Shown here one piece after another: positions 37,166 through 47,185 of a stretch of DNA of 64,000 bases (position 1 is its first letter; every line of letters begins with the position of its first letter). The notes beneath the pieces are model-generated. The model made no database searches. It saw only the letters and a list, made by a program, of their open reading frames with translations, and was not told the origin of the DNA. The DNA comes from Candidatus Uhrbacteria bacterium (GTDB lineage Bacteria; Patescibacteriota; Patescibacteriia; UBA9934). Position numbers and translations under genes: made by a program. Where the stretch lies: the NCBI GenBank assembly GCA_963822405.1, contig CAWGHH010000002.1, positions 198,002 to 262,001 of the forward strand, given 5' to 3'.

Positions 37166-38809
37166 ATGACCCAAGCCGAAGCCCTCACGATTCTAAAAAC
37201 CGGAGCCAATGTCTTTCTGACGGGGGAGCCGGGAGCGGGCAAAAGCCATACGGTGCGTGAATATGTGCACTATTTGCGTACTCATGGCGTAGAGCCGGCT
37301 ATCACGGCCTCGACCGGTATTGCCGCTACACATATTGGTGGACTAACTATTCATTCCTGGAGTGGTATCGGTATTAAGAAGGTTTTGACTAAGTACGACA
37401 TCCGCGAGATTGGAACGAACGATCGAGTCGCTAAGCGCATGCGGAACATGCATGTGTTGATTATTGACGAGGTTTCAATGCTCGACGCAAATACGCTCGG
37501 ACTGGTCGACGCGGTTCTGCGGGGAGTACGTGAGAACCATGCGCCGTTTGGCGGGATGCAGGTTATCTTTGTTGGTGATTTTTTTCAATTGCCACCGGTG
37601 AGTAAGTATGACGAGGAGCCGGCGGAATTTTCGTTTACCGCAGACGCTTGGCATTCGGCTAAACCGACTATTTGTTATTTGAGCGAGCAACATCGCCAAG
37701 AGGATCCTGAATTCCTCGAGGTGCTGTCGTCTATGCGTTCGGGCGAGGTACCAGAAGAACACCGCGAGCGACTGTTGGCGAGGCAATATACGGGCGAGTC
37801 AACCGAAGACATCACAAAGCTGTTTCCGCATAACGCTGATGTCGACAGAATTAATACAGCCAAGCTGGCCCAGATTCCAGGGGAACAGAAAACATTTAAA
37901 ATGTTGGACCTCGGTAATCCTAAGATGTGCGAGGCCTTACGTCGCGGCTGTTTGTCGCCAGAAAAGCTTGACCTAAAAGTTGGCGCGCGAGTGATGTTTA
38001 CGCGCAATAATTTTGATGACGGTTATGTGAATGGAACTACGGGGGAGATCGAGGGATTCTCGCGGGATACAGGCTTCCCGATAGTGAAAACGCGATCCGG
38101 TAAAATAATAGAAGCGAAGCCGGCCTCATGGGCGATTGATGGAGAGTCGAGAACGCTGGCGTCGATCTCGCAGATTCCGTTGCGTTTAGCGTGGGCCATG
38201 ACCGTGCACAAGAGCCAAGGGATGTCCCTCGATGCCGCTTACGTGGACCTGTCGGGTGCGTTTGCGTATGGACAGGGGTACGTTGCGCTCTCGCGTGTAC
38301 GTACGCTTGGCGGTCTATTCCTTGGCGGGCTAAACGAACGTGCGCTTGAAGTAGACCAGACAGTGCTTGAACAAGACGGCGAGTTCCGCGAGCGATCGAC
38401 CAGTGCCCGAGAGAAGTACGGCGCGCTTGATGAAGCTAAACTTGAACTTAAGCAAAAGGGGTTTATCGTCGCCTGCGGGGGGAGAGTGACAGCGCGAACG
38501 CCTATTGAGATGCTTGCAGCGCCGCTCACTCGAACGCCTCGGAGTAAGGAGCCGCGTTATGAGCAGACACTCGCGTTATTGCTCGAAGGCAAGACGGTCG
38601 AGGAAGTAGCGACCGAGCGGGGGAGAAAAGCGGGGACGATTATTGAACATCTTGAAAAACTGAAGGAACTCGGTGGACTCCCAAAGACCGGACTCGACCA
38701 TTTAAAGGACGAGAAAATGCTGGCGGACATTCACGGCGCTTTTAAGGTTCTAAAAACTCAGCAGCTTCGCCCCAGTTCTCGCCCATCTAAAACGAAAGTA
38801 TACTTATGA
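37166..38809 (+). CDS. Pif1/RecD-like ATP-dependent DNA helicase with a C-terminal HTH
   Basis: Walker A LTGEPGAGKSH, LIIDEVSM and VGDFFQLPPV (Pif1 family motifs) are present. A C-terminal helix-turn-helix-like region follows. Confidence 0.75.
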   Translation: MTQAEALTILKTGANVFLTGEPGAGKSHTVREYVHYLRTHGVEPAITASTGIAATHIGGLTIHSWSGIGIKKVLTKYDIREIGTNDRVAKRMRNMHVLIIDEVSMLDANTLGLVDAVLRGVRENHAPFGGMQVIFVGDFFQLPPVSKYDEEPAEFSFTADAWHSAKPTICYLSEQHRQEDPEFLEVLSSMRSGEVPEEHRERLLARQYTGESTEDITKLFPHNADVDRINTAKLAQIPGEQKTFKMLDLGNPKMCEALRRGCLSPEKLDLKVGARVMFTRNNFDDGYVNGTTGEIEGFSRDTGFPIVKTRSGKIIEAKPASWAIDGESRTLASISQIPLRLAWAMTVHKSQGMSLDAAYVDLSGAFAYGQGYVALSRVRTLGGLFLGGLNERALEVDQTVLEQDGEFRERSTSAREKYGALDEAKLELKQKGFIVACGGRVTARTPIEMLAAPLTRTPRSKEPRYEQTLALLLEGKTVEEVATERGRKAGTIIEHLEKLKELGGLPKTGLDHLKDEKMLADIHGAFKVLKTQQLRPSSRPSKTKVYL

Positions 38810-38852
38810 CAACATTAAACTTGCTAGGCTTTTCTATTCAAAATAACAAACT

Positions 38853-39503
38853 ATGTGTTTTTCAGCCACAGCTAGTTTTGTAGCGAGCGGTGTTCTGGTT
38901 GGCGCATCCATTGTTACTTTTTCGAGTCTTAAGAAACAACCGACTAAACTATTTGCCGTTATCCCTTTGTTGTTCGCTGTTCAACAGGCGGTAGAAGGAT
39001 TTCAGTGGATTGTGCTTGGTCATGGTTCGCCGAGCATGCCGTTAGCTTACGCCTTTGTATTTTTTGCGTATTTATTTTGGCCGGTATTTCTACCGCTCGC
39101 GTCTCTACAAGCGGAGAGTGATCCAACTCGACGAAAACTTATAATGGTTTGTTTCGGGGCCGGAATTTTTACGGCGCTCGTGCTTGGGTATTCAATGATC
39201 ATTCATCCGCTGATAGTTAGTGTGCCTGGTCAATGTATATCTTATAGAATAGACACTATTTATCAGATGCCATTAAAGCTGTTATTGCCAGTTACGTATT
39301 TGGTTTCAGTAATTGGCGGGGGATTACTAGTTAGACGATTTTGGATTCAAATGTTTGGCGCGCTCGGTCTAGTAGGTTTGGCGGTGAGCTATATTGGTTT
39401 CACCTTAGCCTATCAGTCCGTGTGGTGTTTTTTTGCGGCTGCTATTAGTTTGTGTATTATTATGGAATTGAGATCGGTAAAAACATCCGCACCTAAAAAA
39501 TAA
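38853..39503 (+). CDS. Hypothetical polytopic membrane protein (216 aa)
   Basis: About six hydrophobic segments. Confidence 0.45.
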   Translation: MCFSATASFVASGVLVGASIVTFSSLKKQPTKLFAVIPLLFAVQQAVEGFQWIVLGHGSPSMPLAYAFVFFAYLFWPVFLPLASLQAESDPTRRKLIMVCFGAGIFTALVLGYSMIIHPLIVSVPGQCISYRIDTIYQMPLKLLLPVTYLVSVIGGGLLVRRFWIQMFGALGLVGLAVSYIGFTLAYQSVWCFFAAAISLCIIMELRSVKTSAPKK

Positions 39504-39510
39504 TTTATAT

Positions 39511-39909
39511 ATGAACATATCGCGTAGTTTGAGCTTGATGGGCGGAGCTATTGCCTTGTTGCTGATTGGAGCGGGTTGTACGCCAGCGACCCCGAGCACC
39601 GACAGAACAGTGAACGCGCCTACCGCTTCATCAGCTATCACCCTTACTTCGCCCAAAGCCAATGACGTTGTTTCTAATCCTTTTTCTATCATTGGCAAGT
39701 CTCCAATCGGGCAAACAGTTTTTGCTACTGCCTCAATAGACGGAAATTTGGTTTCAATGACCATGGACGATCCTGACGAGTCGGGAAATTTCCAAATGGA
39801 CAGTCTTCCATTACAGTCCGTTTTTGGTAACTTCGAACTCACCGTTTACAACATGAATGATAATGGCGATCAACTGAACACAGTTTCCATTCCACTTACG
39901 CTAAAATAG
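39511..39909 (+). CDS. Lipoprotein, function unknown
   Basis: Lipobox LLIGAGC-TP is present. Confidence 0.55.
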   Translation: MNISRSLSLMGGAIALLLIGAGCTPATPSTDRTVNAPTASSAITLTSPKANDVVSNPFSIIGKSPIGQTVFATASIDGNLVSMTMDDPDESGNFQMDSLPLQSVFGNFELTVYNMNDNGDQLNTVSIPLTLK

Positions 39910-39924
39910 TTCGTTATAATGAAG

Positions 39925-39951
39925 CACCCCGCCGGCGAATCCGGTGGGGTG
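39925..39951. repeat. GC-rich REP-like hairpin (caccccgccgg-N5-ccggtggggtg), copy 1 of 3
   Basis: An 11-bp stem, identical in copies at 41135-41161 and 42504-42529. Each copy lies 3-15 nt after a + strand stop codon and is followed by T's on one or both strands. Confidence 0.65.
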
Positions 39952-39959
39952 TTTTGCGC

Positions 39960-40307
39960 TTACGCGGCGACGACGTTGAAACGGGCGATTTCTCCGTTGA
40001 CGGTGTTTCCCGGAATGAAGGCCGTGATGCATCGGCAGATCTCGACGAGCAACGCATGGAAGCGTTCATCCGTGCGCTCCGGACAGCTTGTCAGCTCTTC
40101 CACGGACACCAGGATGACGCAATCGTCAGTTCGGGCACGTTCGTTTTCGAACGCCACTTTCACTTGATCAAAGATGCGCAGACCAAGAACGTCGGCCGTC
40201 ACGCATAACGAACGGAGTTCTTTCCTGAGTCGCGCCTGTTGATCGCCAATGAGTGTTGTCCTATTCCACTGAGCTTTTGGATGACGCTGAATAAGAATAC
40301 TGAGCAT
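39960..40307 (-). CDS. Hypothetical protein (115 aa), GC-rich
   Basis: Longest ORF in a GC-rich segment. No recognisable family. Confidence 0.3.
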   Translation of the reverse strand: MLSILIQRHPKAQWNRTTLIGDQQARLRKELRSLCVTADVLGLRIFDQVKVAFENERARTDDCVILVSVEELTSCPERTDERFHALLVEICRCITAFIPGNTVNGEIARFNVVAA

Positions 40308-40425
40308 CTTTCCTCCCGGGTCTATTTCGACGTGATTAGATTAGGTGATGACTAGTAACTCGTCAATAAAATTTGGTCACTTCTGCATTGCTGCGATTCG
40401 AGTTAAACGGTAAACTGAAATAGAT

Positions 40426-41132
40426 ATGAAGAATAAAGAAACAACGTTATCTCTCGCCGTTTACCAGACTCGCCAAGGTGCTCTGGAGCTTCGGAAGGAC
40501 TCGACGGCCACTATTTGGGCAACCCAGGCACAGATTGTCGAGCTTTTTGGTATTGATCAATCGGTCGTTTCACGTCACGTGAAGAACATCTTTCACGATG
40601 GCGAGATCCATCAAAAAAGCAATATGCAAAAAATGCATATTGCAAATGCTGATAGACCTGTTGATTTGTATTCGTTGGATGTCATTTTGGCAGTCGGATA
40701 TCGGACCAATTCGGCAAAAGCGATTGCGTTTCGTCAGTGGGCTACGAAGGTCCTTTCGTTCGCATATCGTCGACGGCTACACGATTAACCCTAATCGGAT
40801 AGGGAAGAATTATGATGCTTTCATGGAGGCGGTGAAAAAAGTAAAAGCACTTCTTTCACATGCGGTCCTTCGGCGGAAGGGAGCTTTATCCGACCATTGA
40901 GGAGAAAGCGGCGCATCTTCTCTATTTTATGGTGAAGAATCATCCCTTTACGGACGGCAACAAACGGTCTGGCGCTTTTGCGTTCGTTTGGTTTTTAAAG
41001 AAGGCAAAGATTTTGAATTCGGCACGCATGTCACCAGAGGCATTGACTGCGCTCACTTTGCTTGTGGCTGAGAGTAATCCAAAGGAGAAAGAAAAAACGG
41101 TCGGTTTGATCACGCTCCTACTTGGAAAATAA
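40426..41132 (+). pseudogene. RhuM-family N-domain fused to a Doc (Fic/Doc) toxin domain, disrupted by two +1 frameshifts
   Basis: Frame 1 reads LYSLDVILAVGYRTNSAKAIAFRQWATKVL. Frame 2 continues with HIVDGYTINPNRIGKNYDAFMEAVKKV. This is homologous to YIVKGFAMNDERLKNPNNVFGKDYFEEQLARV in the intact RhuM at 20753. Frame 3 reads GGRELYPTIEEKAAHLLYFMVKNHPFTDGNKRSGAF, the Doc signature HxFxDGNKR. Confidence 0.6.
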
Positions 41133-41134
41133 AA

Positions 41135-41161
41135 CACCCCGCCGGCGATAACGGTGGGGTG
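41135..41161. repeat. GC-rich REP-like hairpin, copy 2
   Basis: The sequence is caccccgccggcgataacggtggggtg. A T-rich tract follows on the minus strand. Confidence 0.6.
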
Positions 41162-41183
41162 CAGTTGGGCGATGATTACGGTT

Positions 41184-41750
41184 TTAGGAGGCGACTGATC
41201 TGATAGGCGTTGGCGTCGTCTGTTGGCTGGAGTGAGTAGCCGACTTCGGCGCCAAATGTCTCGAACAATACGGGTCTGGTATTTGGGTAGGGCCGGCGAT
41301 CCAGAACCCATGTTGGCGACTGATTCGCTCCAGATCATTTGTGAATCGCTCGACGCGTGTTCGTAGGCAGGTTTCTGTACGGGGGAGATCCGGCCACATC
41401 AGTTCCGCGCAGCGGATAGCTGTTGCGATTTCGTGATCCGTGACGGGTTTGACCGCTCTGAAGTCTTCTAGAGTCACTTCGCGAAGTATATACGGCGGAC
41501 GCTTTCCGTACGGTTGTCCGAAGTCACTTTCGGATACAATACCGCGAATGTCACGGATTTGACCCTTCTGATCCTTTACACCGGCGTGAAGAATAACGTC
41601 TTCTTCCATGAGCCCGATCATCGTCCAGCCAGTTAATGAGTGTAATCCTGCCGCGAATGAGTAGCACCACCCATGCAGGTAGAATCCTTTGTAAGTCGCT
41701 AATAGCTGTTCACGAGCCTCTTGGTCGAAGTCGAGAAACTGCGTAGTCAT
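41184..41750 (-). CDS. Hypothetical protein (188 aa)
   Basis: ORF track only. The C-terminal roughly 35 residues look like read-through. No recognisable family. Confidence 0.35.
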   Translation of the reverse strand: MTTQFLDFDQEAREQLLATYKGFYLHGWCYSFAAGLHSLTGWTMIGLMEEDVILHAGVKDQKGQIRDIRGIVSESDFGQPYGKRPPYILREVTLEDFRAVKPVTDHEIATAIRCAELMWPDLPRTETCLRTRVERFTNDLERISRQHGFWIAGPTQIPDPYCSRHLAPKSATHSSQQTTPTPIRSVAS

Positions 41751-41833
41751 TTGTTCCCCCTATTTACGAACAGTTCATCCTAGGATAATTACGTTCATAG
41801 GTCAATATTTGGTTATCTAGGGACGAGCGAGTA

Positions 41834-42499
41834 TTGTTTGTGTACTTTATGCTTCAATTTGGATTCAAAAAGATCGCGGTTTTTCTTTTGTGTGGCCTTG
41901 TTGTTCTTGCTGCGCTCGTAGTATTTCCATATTTTGTTATTCAAGGACAGAAAAGTCAGGTGAAAGATAAGGTCGAGGACGTGGCAGTTCAGCCGGTGGC
42001 CATAGTTTTTGGCGCGGGCATAAAACGCGACAACACTCCATCTGATATGCTTGAAGATCGTCTGACTGTAGCCTCGCGGCTTTATCATTTAGGTAAGGTC
42101 AAAACCATTTTAGTGTCGGGCGATAATCGATTTGAAAATTATTCCGAGCCTGACGTGATGCGTGATGTTCTTGTTCGCGACTTTAAGATTCCCGTCGAGG
42201 ATATCCAGATCGACTACGCCGGTCGACGGACATATGACACCTGTATTCGCGCCAAGAAGTTTTGGGGCGTAGATCACGCTGTTCTGATAACTCAAGACTT
42301 TCATTTGCCTCGAGCCATTTGGACTTGCGAAAAACTGGGTATTGAAAGCGTCGGCGTATCAGCCTCTCTTCGTCCGTATATGTTTGCTGGCAAGTCTCAG
42401 CTTCGAGAACTCCCGGCAGACCTCAACGCATTTATTGATATTTACCTGTGGCATCCAAGTTACTTGAAGGGCGAGTTTGTGAAGGATATTGATCCATAA
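41834..42499 (+). CDS. SanA/YdcF (DUF218) family protein
   Basis: An N-terminal transmembrane segment is followed by AIVFGAGIKRDNTPSDMLEDRLTVASRLYHLGKVKTILVSGDNR, the DUF218 signature. Confidence 0.7.
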   Translation: MFVYFMLQFGFKKIAVFLLCGLVVLAALVVFPYFVIQGQKSQVKDKVEDVAVQPVAIVFGAGIKRDNTPSDMLEDRLTVASRLYHLGKVKTILVSGDNRFENYSEPDVMRDVLVRDFKIPVEDIQIDYAGRRTYDTCIRAKKFWGVDHAVLITQDFHLPRAIWTCEKLGIESVGVSASLRPYMFAGKSQLRELPADLNAFIDIYLWHPSYLKGEFVKDIDP

Positions 42500-42503
42500 A
42501 AAA

Positions 42504-42529
42504 CACCCCGCCGGCGGTTCCGGTGGGGC
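42504..42529. repeat. GC-rich REP-like hairpin, copy 3
   Basis: The sequence is caccccgccggcggttccggtggggc. Confidence 0.6.
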
Positions 42530-42549
42530 ATGTCATAAACTTGATCGAA

Positions 42550-42894
42550 CTATCGGTTCGTCAGTTCGGGAACTTCGATCGCGCCGAGATCGGTTCGGAG
42601 ACGGCCGAGTATCGTGCTGATTGCTGATCGATATTCTTTGATGGTTTGCGGTCTGAGAGCGGCTATTTCCGCGTAGCAGTCGCGGTGGAAAGCCAGATAA
42701 TGCCTTTGAAATAGATCAGGTTTCGCGCCCAAGCATCGGTCAAGTTTCTCGATAGTGTCAGCAATGCCTTTGAGCGGGGGCATTTCCCTTCTTTCGATGA
42801 CCTGTCCTAAACGTATCGCTGAGCTAGCGAAGACATCTAGAAAGTCATTCAATTCTCTGCTGTTAATGTCGAGAGGACCGTTCAAAGATATCAT
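42550..42894 (-). CDS. Hypothetical protein (114 aa)
   Basis: ORF track only. Confidence 0.35.
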   Translation of the reverse strand: MISLNGPLDINSRELNDFLDVFASSAIRLGQVIERREMPPLKGIADTIEKLDRCLGAKPDLFQRHYLAFHRDCYAEIAALRPQTIKEYRSAISTILGRLRTDLGAIEVPELTNR

Positions 42895-43005
42895 GACGCC
42901 TCCAAAAGGTTCGTTAGAATGCTTAAATAAGAATAAGTGTTGGTTTGTGCTTTGTCAACAAAATTTGGCTATTTTTAGTTCTGTAGTGTATTATCCCCCA
43001 GCTTT

Positions 43006-44457
43006 ATGGATCATGGCGATGTAATTATCAGATTTCAGGGCGTTAGCTTTGGCTATGACGCGGAGAACATGCTTTTAGACGAGGCTGATTTTTCGGTACG
43101 CGAGAACTCGAAGATGACGGTCATGGGCCAGAACGGAGCGGGGAAGTCTACTATTTTCAAATTGTTAACCGGCGCTTTGAAGCCGGATCGGGGAGAGATT
43201 CACATTAAACAGGGCGCCTCAATCGCTATTGCGACCCAGGTGATGCCACTGGATAAATTACCAAATACGGTTCGTGAGTTTTTCGCCTCGGCGTTTACTG
43301 AGTTGCATTACGATCTTGATAAGAAGATTGCTGATGTTCTGGCTATCGTGAACCTTAAGGCGCCACTCGACAAAGTAATCAAAGAATTTTCTGGTGGTCA
43401 GCAGGCGCGTCTTTTGCTTGCCTACGCTCTTATTCAGGGGCCGGATATTTTGTTGCTCGACGAGCCAACGAACAACCTCGACGCTGACGGGATTGCCGAG
43501 CTGACTGCGTTTTTGATCATGTACGAAAAGACCGTACTCGTCATTTCGCACGACGCAGATTTCTTGAATTCGTTTACGGATGGCGTGTTGCACCTCGACG
43601 TATATACAGGAAAGGTCGATAAGTATGATGGTAACTATGCAGACGTAGTCGTTGAAATCACCGCTCGTGTTGAACGTGAGCAGATGAAGAACGCTCGATT
43701 ATTAAAAGAGATCCAGGACAGAAAAGATAAGGTGAACTTCTTTGCGCACAAAGGTGGAAAGATGCGTAAGCTGGCTAGCAAGCTGAAGGATCAAGTAGAA
43801 GAAGCAGAAGAGAACATGGTCGAGGTTAAGCGTGATGACCGGACAATCCGCGATTTCCAGATTCCTGCCCAGGCTTGGAGCAATAACGTTGTAACAATCA
43901 CCTCGATCAAAGTTATCAAGGATCATGAGGCAGTAGAAAAGCCGGTAAAGGTGTACTTGCGTAAAGGTCAGCGACTTATCGTTACTGGACCAAACGGAAT
44001 CGGCAAGAGTACTTTTTTGCGTTCGCTCGCCGCTGGGGATTATGAAGGCGCGAAGATCGCGAAGGACGTTGAAGTCGGTTATTACCGCCAGGATTTTAGT
44101 GGACTAGACTTTAGTAAGTCGACTTATGATTCTCTAGCTGAAATGATGCACACGCCGGATGTTGAGTCGATCAGAAAAGTCGGCGCGCACTTCTTATTGA
44201 ACGGTGATGCCATGGCGACAAAAGTCGGCTCGCTGTCAGAAGGACAGAAGGGTTTGCTCTGTTTTGCGCGGTTTGTTCTCCAGAAACCTGGCCTTCTGAT
44301 CCTCGACGAGCCAACCAACCACATCAACTTCCGCCACTTGCCAGTTATTGCGAGAGCTATAGAAAACTACGAAGGAACTATCGTTATGGTTAGCCACGTT
44401 CCGGACTTTGTGAGCCAAATTCACTTTGGAGAAGAGCTAAATCTTGCCCAACTTTAG
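43006..44457 (+). CDS. ABC-F family ATPase (two ABC domains, no transmembrane domain)
   Basis: Two Walker A motifs (GQNGAGKST, GPNGIGKST), two LSGGQ signatures and a charged inter-domain linker are present. Confidence 0.8.
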   Translation: MDHGDVIIRFQGVSFGYDAENMLLDEADFSVRENSKMTVMGQNGAGKSTIFKLLTGALKPDRGEIHIKQGASIAIATQVMPLDKLPNTVREFFASAFTELHYDLDKKIADVLAIVNLKAPLDKVIKEFSGGQQARLLLAYALIQGPDILLLDEPTNNLDADGIAELTAFLIMYEKTVLVISHDADFLNSFTDGVLHLDVYTGKVDKYDGNYADVVVEITARVEREQMKNARLLKEIQDRKDKVNFFAHKGGKMRKLASKLKDQVEEAEENMVEVKRDDRTIRDFQIPAQAWSNNVVTITSIKVIKDHEAVEKPVKVYLRKGQRLIVTGPNGIGKSTFLRSLAAGDYEGAKIAKDVEVGYYRQDFSGLDFSKSTYDSLAEMMHTPDVESIRKVGAHFLLNGDAMATKVGSLSEGQKGLLCFARFVLQKPGLLILDEPTNHINFRHLPVIARAIENYEGTIVMVSHVPDFVSQIHFGEELNLAQL

Positions 44458-44518
44458 CTACAAAATACGCGTTCACAGGCGTATTTTTGTTTGACAGAAT
44501 CACCATATTCAGCTAGTA

Positions 44519-46303
44519 TTGGCCATTCCTATGGAATCAATCAACCTCCTCCAAAAGCCCGTCTCTCCTCTACGCAAGTGGTTCATGCTTGTTGTTCTTT
44601 CCCTTGCCCTAGCGGTGATCATTTTGGACACCACTATTTTGAACGTTGCCCTGGCTTCCATCATCCGTGACCTTCATACGGACATCCAAAGCATCCAGTG
44701 GGTGATTACGTCATATTCTCTAACTCTAGCCGCGTTGACTATTACCGGCGGTCGTCTTGGCGACCTTTTCGGGCGCAAGAAAATGTTCGTGTTTGGCGCA
44801 GTTCTTTTTGCCGTTGGTTCGTTCATTGCGTCTATCAGTCAGAACGTGGGCACGTTAATTATTGGCGAGTCGATCATAGAAGGCATCGGCGCAGCGCTCA
44901 TGATGCCGGCCACCGCGTCACTGCTTGTGACAAACTTTGAGGGACGAGCCAGGGCCGTTGCCTTTGGTGTGTGGGGAGGAATTGCCGGTGCGTCAGCCGC
45001 GCTCGGCCCAATCCTGGGCGGATACCTCGCCACTAACTATTCTTGGCGTTGGGGTTTTCGAGTTAATTTGATTGTTGTTCTTCTTTTAGTTATTGGTTCT
45101 GTTCTTATCCCGGAATCTCGTGATCAGAAAGAAAAGAAACAGCTTGATATTGTTGGCGTGATTCTTTCGGCCTTTGGTCTTTTGTCTTTTGTTTTCGGCA
45201 TCATCGAATCGACTACCTACGGCTGGTGGAAGGCTAAGGCTATTGTTTCAGCTTTTGGTTACAGTTTTACCATGCCATACGATTTATCAATCGTTCCGGC
45301 CTTCCTTTTGCTCGGGGCAATTATTCTTGGCGTGTTTATGATTTGGGAAGTGGTTCGAGAGCGTTCCGGTAAGACGCCGCTAGTTTCCATGGGCATCTTT
45401 GCTAACCGAGCGTTTAGCTCTGGTTTGGCAATGACCGGTGTGATGTCTTTAGGCCAAGCCGGCCTTATCTTTGCCTTACCGGTGTTTCTACAGTCTGTAC
45501 GCGGTTTGGATGCCTTCCACACGGGTTTAGCGCTTCTCCCAATGTCAGTTGCTTTATTGATTGTCGCCCCATTGTCTGCTGGCCTGAGCAAATTTGTGTC
45601 ACCAAAGAGATTAGTTAACCTTGGTTTATTTACGAACGTGATTTCTTACGTTGTCATGTGGAATACGTTGACCGTCCAGACAACAGCCGCTGAACTAGCT
45701 CCTGGGTTAGCCTTGTTCGGTGTTGGTATGGGCTTGGTTATGTCTCAGATTAATAACCTAACGCTGTCAGCTGTGCCAATTCATCAAGTAGGCGAGGCAT
45801 CCGGAATTAATGCTACGTTACGTCAGGTTGGCTCGACACTTGGTTCGGCGATTATTGGTGCAATCTTGATCGGCACCCTCGGCACTCAGATGACGGTTGG
45901 AGTCGAGGAAAGCAAAGTAATTCCCGAAGGTTATAAAGAGCAGCTAGCCCAAGTGTTGTCTACTCAGACTTCGAATATTGAATTTGGTGGGGGAGCGCAG
46001 GTTGGTAAGAATCTGCCGGAATCTATCTCGATCGAAATCACAAATATCGGCCACGCCGCTACAGTTGCTTCGGCCAAGAATACGTTTGCCGTTGGTGGGC
46101 TGTTTGCGCTCCTTGGTTTCTTGTCTTCCTTGGTCTTCTTGCCTTCGGGAAAGAAACAGCGTGAAACTGATCCGAATGAGATAGAGCTGACCACGGAGCT
46201 CATTGGAGAATTAATAGAAACAGATTTGACCTTAGTTAGAAACGACAAGCCAAGTCTTGGCGCGGATGTCCGGAAGATTATTGACGAAGCTTTCCAAGTC
46301 TAA
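44519..46303 (+). CDS. MFS transporter, DHA2 (14-TMS, EmrB/QacA-like) family
   Basis: Motif A GRLGDLFGRKK is present, with about 14 hydrophobic segments. Confidence 0.8.
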   Translation: MAIPMESINLLQKPVSPLRKWFMLVVLSLALAVIILDTTILNVALASIIRDLHTDIQSIQWVITSYSLTLAALTITGGRLGDLFGRKKMFVFGAVLFAVGSFIASISQNVGTLIIGESIIEGIGAALMMPATASLLVTNFEGRARAVAFGVWGGIAGASAALGPILGGYLATNYSWRWGFRVNLIVVLLLVIGSVLIPESRDQKEKKQLDIVGVILSAFGLLSFVFGIIESTTYGWWKAKAIVSAFGYSFTMPYDLSIVPAFLLLGAIILGVFMIWEVVRERSGKTPLVSMGIFANRAFSSGLAMTGVMSLGQAGLIFALPVFLQSVRGLDAFHTGLALLPMSVALLIVAPLSAGLSKFVSPKRLVNLGLFTNVISYVVMWNTLTVQTTAAELAPGLALFGVGMGLVMSQINNLTLSAVPIHQVGEASGINATLRQVGSTLGSAIIGAILIGTLGTQMTVGVEESKVIPEGYKEQLAQVLSTQTSNIEFGGGAQVGKNLPESISIEITNIGHAATVASAKNTFAVGGLFALLGFLSSLVFLPSGKKQRETDPNEIELTTELIGELIETDLTLVRNDKPSLGADVRKIIDEAFQV

Positions 46304-47150
46304 TTTTCCAGTGACTTCCAGGATAGTGAACTCGACTAATCCCAAAGTGAGTCTTGAAGAGCGAGTAGCCAATGTCGGATTGAAACGGGAGTGGGTTCGG
46401 GCCACACATGTCGCCAAAGTTACAAAGCTTAAGTTGTTTTTCCCGAGTGCGTTCGAACCAATAGTTTACAAGTCCCACCATGGCGTGGGACTTTTTGGCT
46501 TCGGGCAAATAGAAACCAAGCAAGTAAAAACTAGTTGATGCTTCCTGGCATTCGCCGGCTACAAAACAGGCCACTATTCCGTGTTCGAGGGAATCAGCGA
46601 TTAATACTTCGATTGTTTCGGGATGCGCTGCTTGATGGCGAAGGGTAAGGTCAATAAATACTTTTTGGAGACTGCGGGGAATATTTGATTTAGCGTAAGC
46701 GGTTTTGATTTCGTCGAGCCGACCGAGACGTAAAGTAATGTCACTTTGTTTCTGGAATATCTTTAAGTGTCTCTTGGCCTGATTACGCCAGCTAGCACTA
46801 ACCGAACCGACAAGTGGCACCTCAGCTATCCCATGAAGACGAGGTGCGCCAAACGAACGGAACCCGTGCTTGTTTACATTGCTTTGAAAGGCGGGAACCC
46901 ACTCGTCTACTGAGATGAGCGAAGTAGAAGTTGCGGTTGGGGGAGGGAGATTGTCTGTGGTGAAGGCGCGGCGCCAGGAGATGAGCGGGTTGTTAAAGAC
47001 GGTCATTGAGAACCCCTGGTCAAATAGAATAGGCTGACCAGAGCCGATAGCGGCCACCGCTGCCCAATGAGTAGCGTCATAGGGCGGCAGGGCTCGATCC
47101 GTATAGACGGGACAGACGTCATTTAGATATTTGAGGTCAAGGCGTCGCAT
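46278..47150 (-). CDS. Hypothetical protein (290 aa), possibly FemAB/GNAT-fold
   Basis: Long ORF convergent with, and overlapping, the MFS gene's 3' end. The family is a guess. Confidence 0.4.
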   Translation of the reverse strand: MRRLDLKYLNDVCPVYTDRALPPYDATHWAAVAAIGSGQPILFDQGFSMTVFNNPLISWRRAFTTDNLPPPTATSTSLISVDEWVPAFQSNVNKHGFRSFGAPRLHGIAEVPLVGSVSASWRNQAKRHLKIFQKQSDITLRLGRLDEIKTAYAKSNIPRSLQKVFIDLTLRHQAAHPETIEVLIADSLEHGIVACFVAGECQEASTSFYLLGFYLPEAKKSHAMVGLVNYWFERTREKQLKLCNFGDMCGPNPLPFQSDIGYSLFKTHFGISRVHYPGSHWKIRLGKLRQ

Positions 47151-47185
47151 AGGATATGATGGAGAGTGTAGTTTGATAAACCAAT

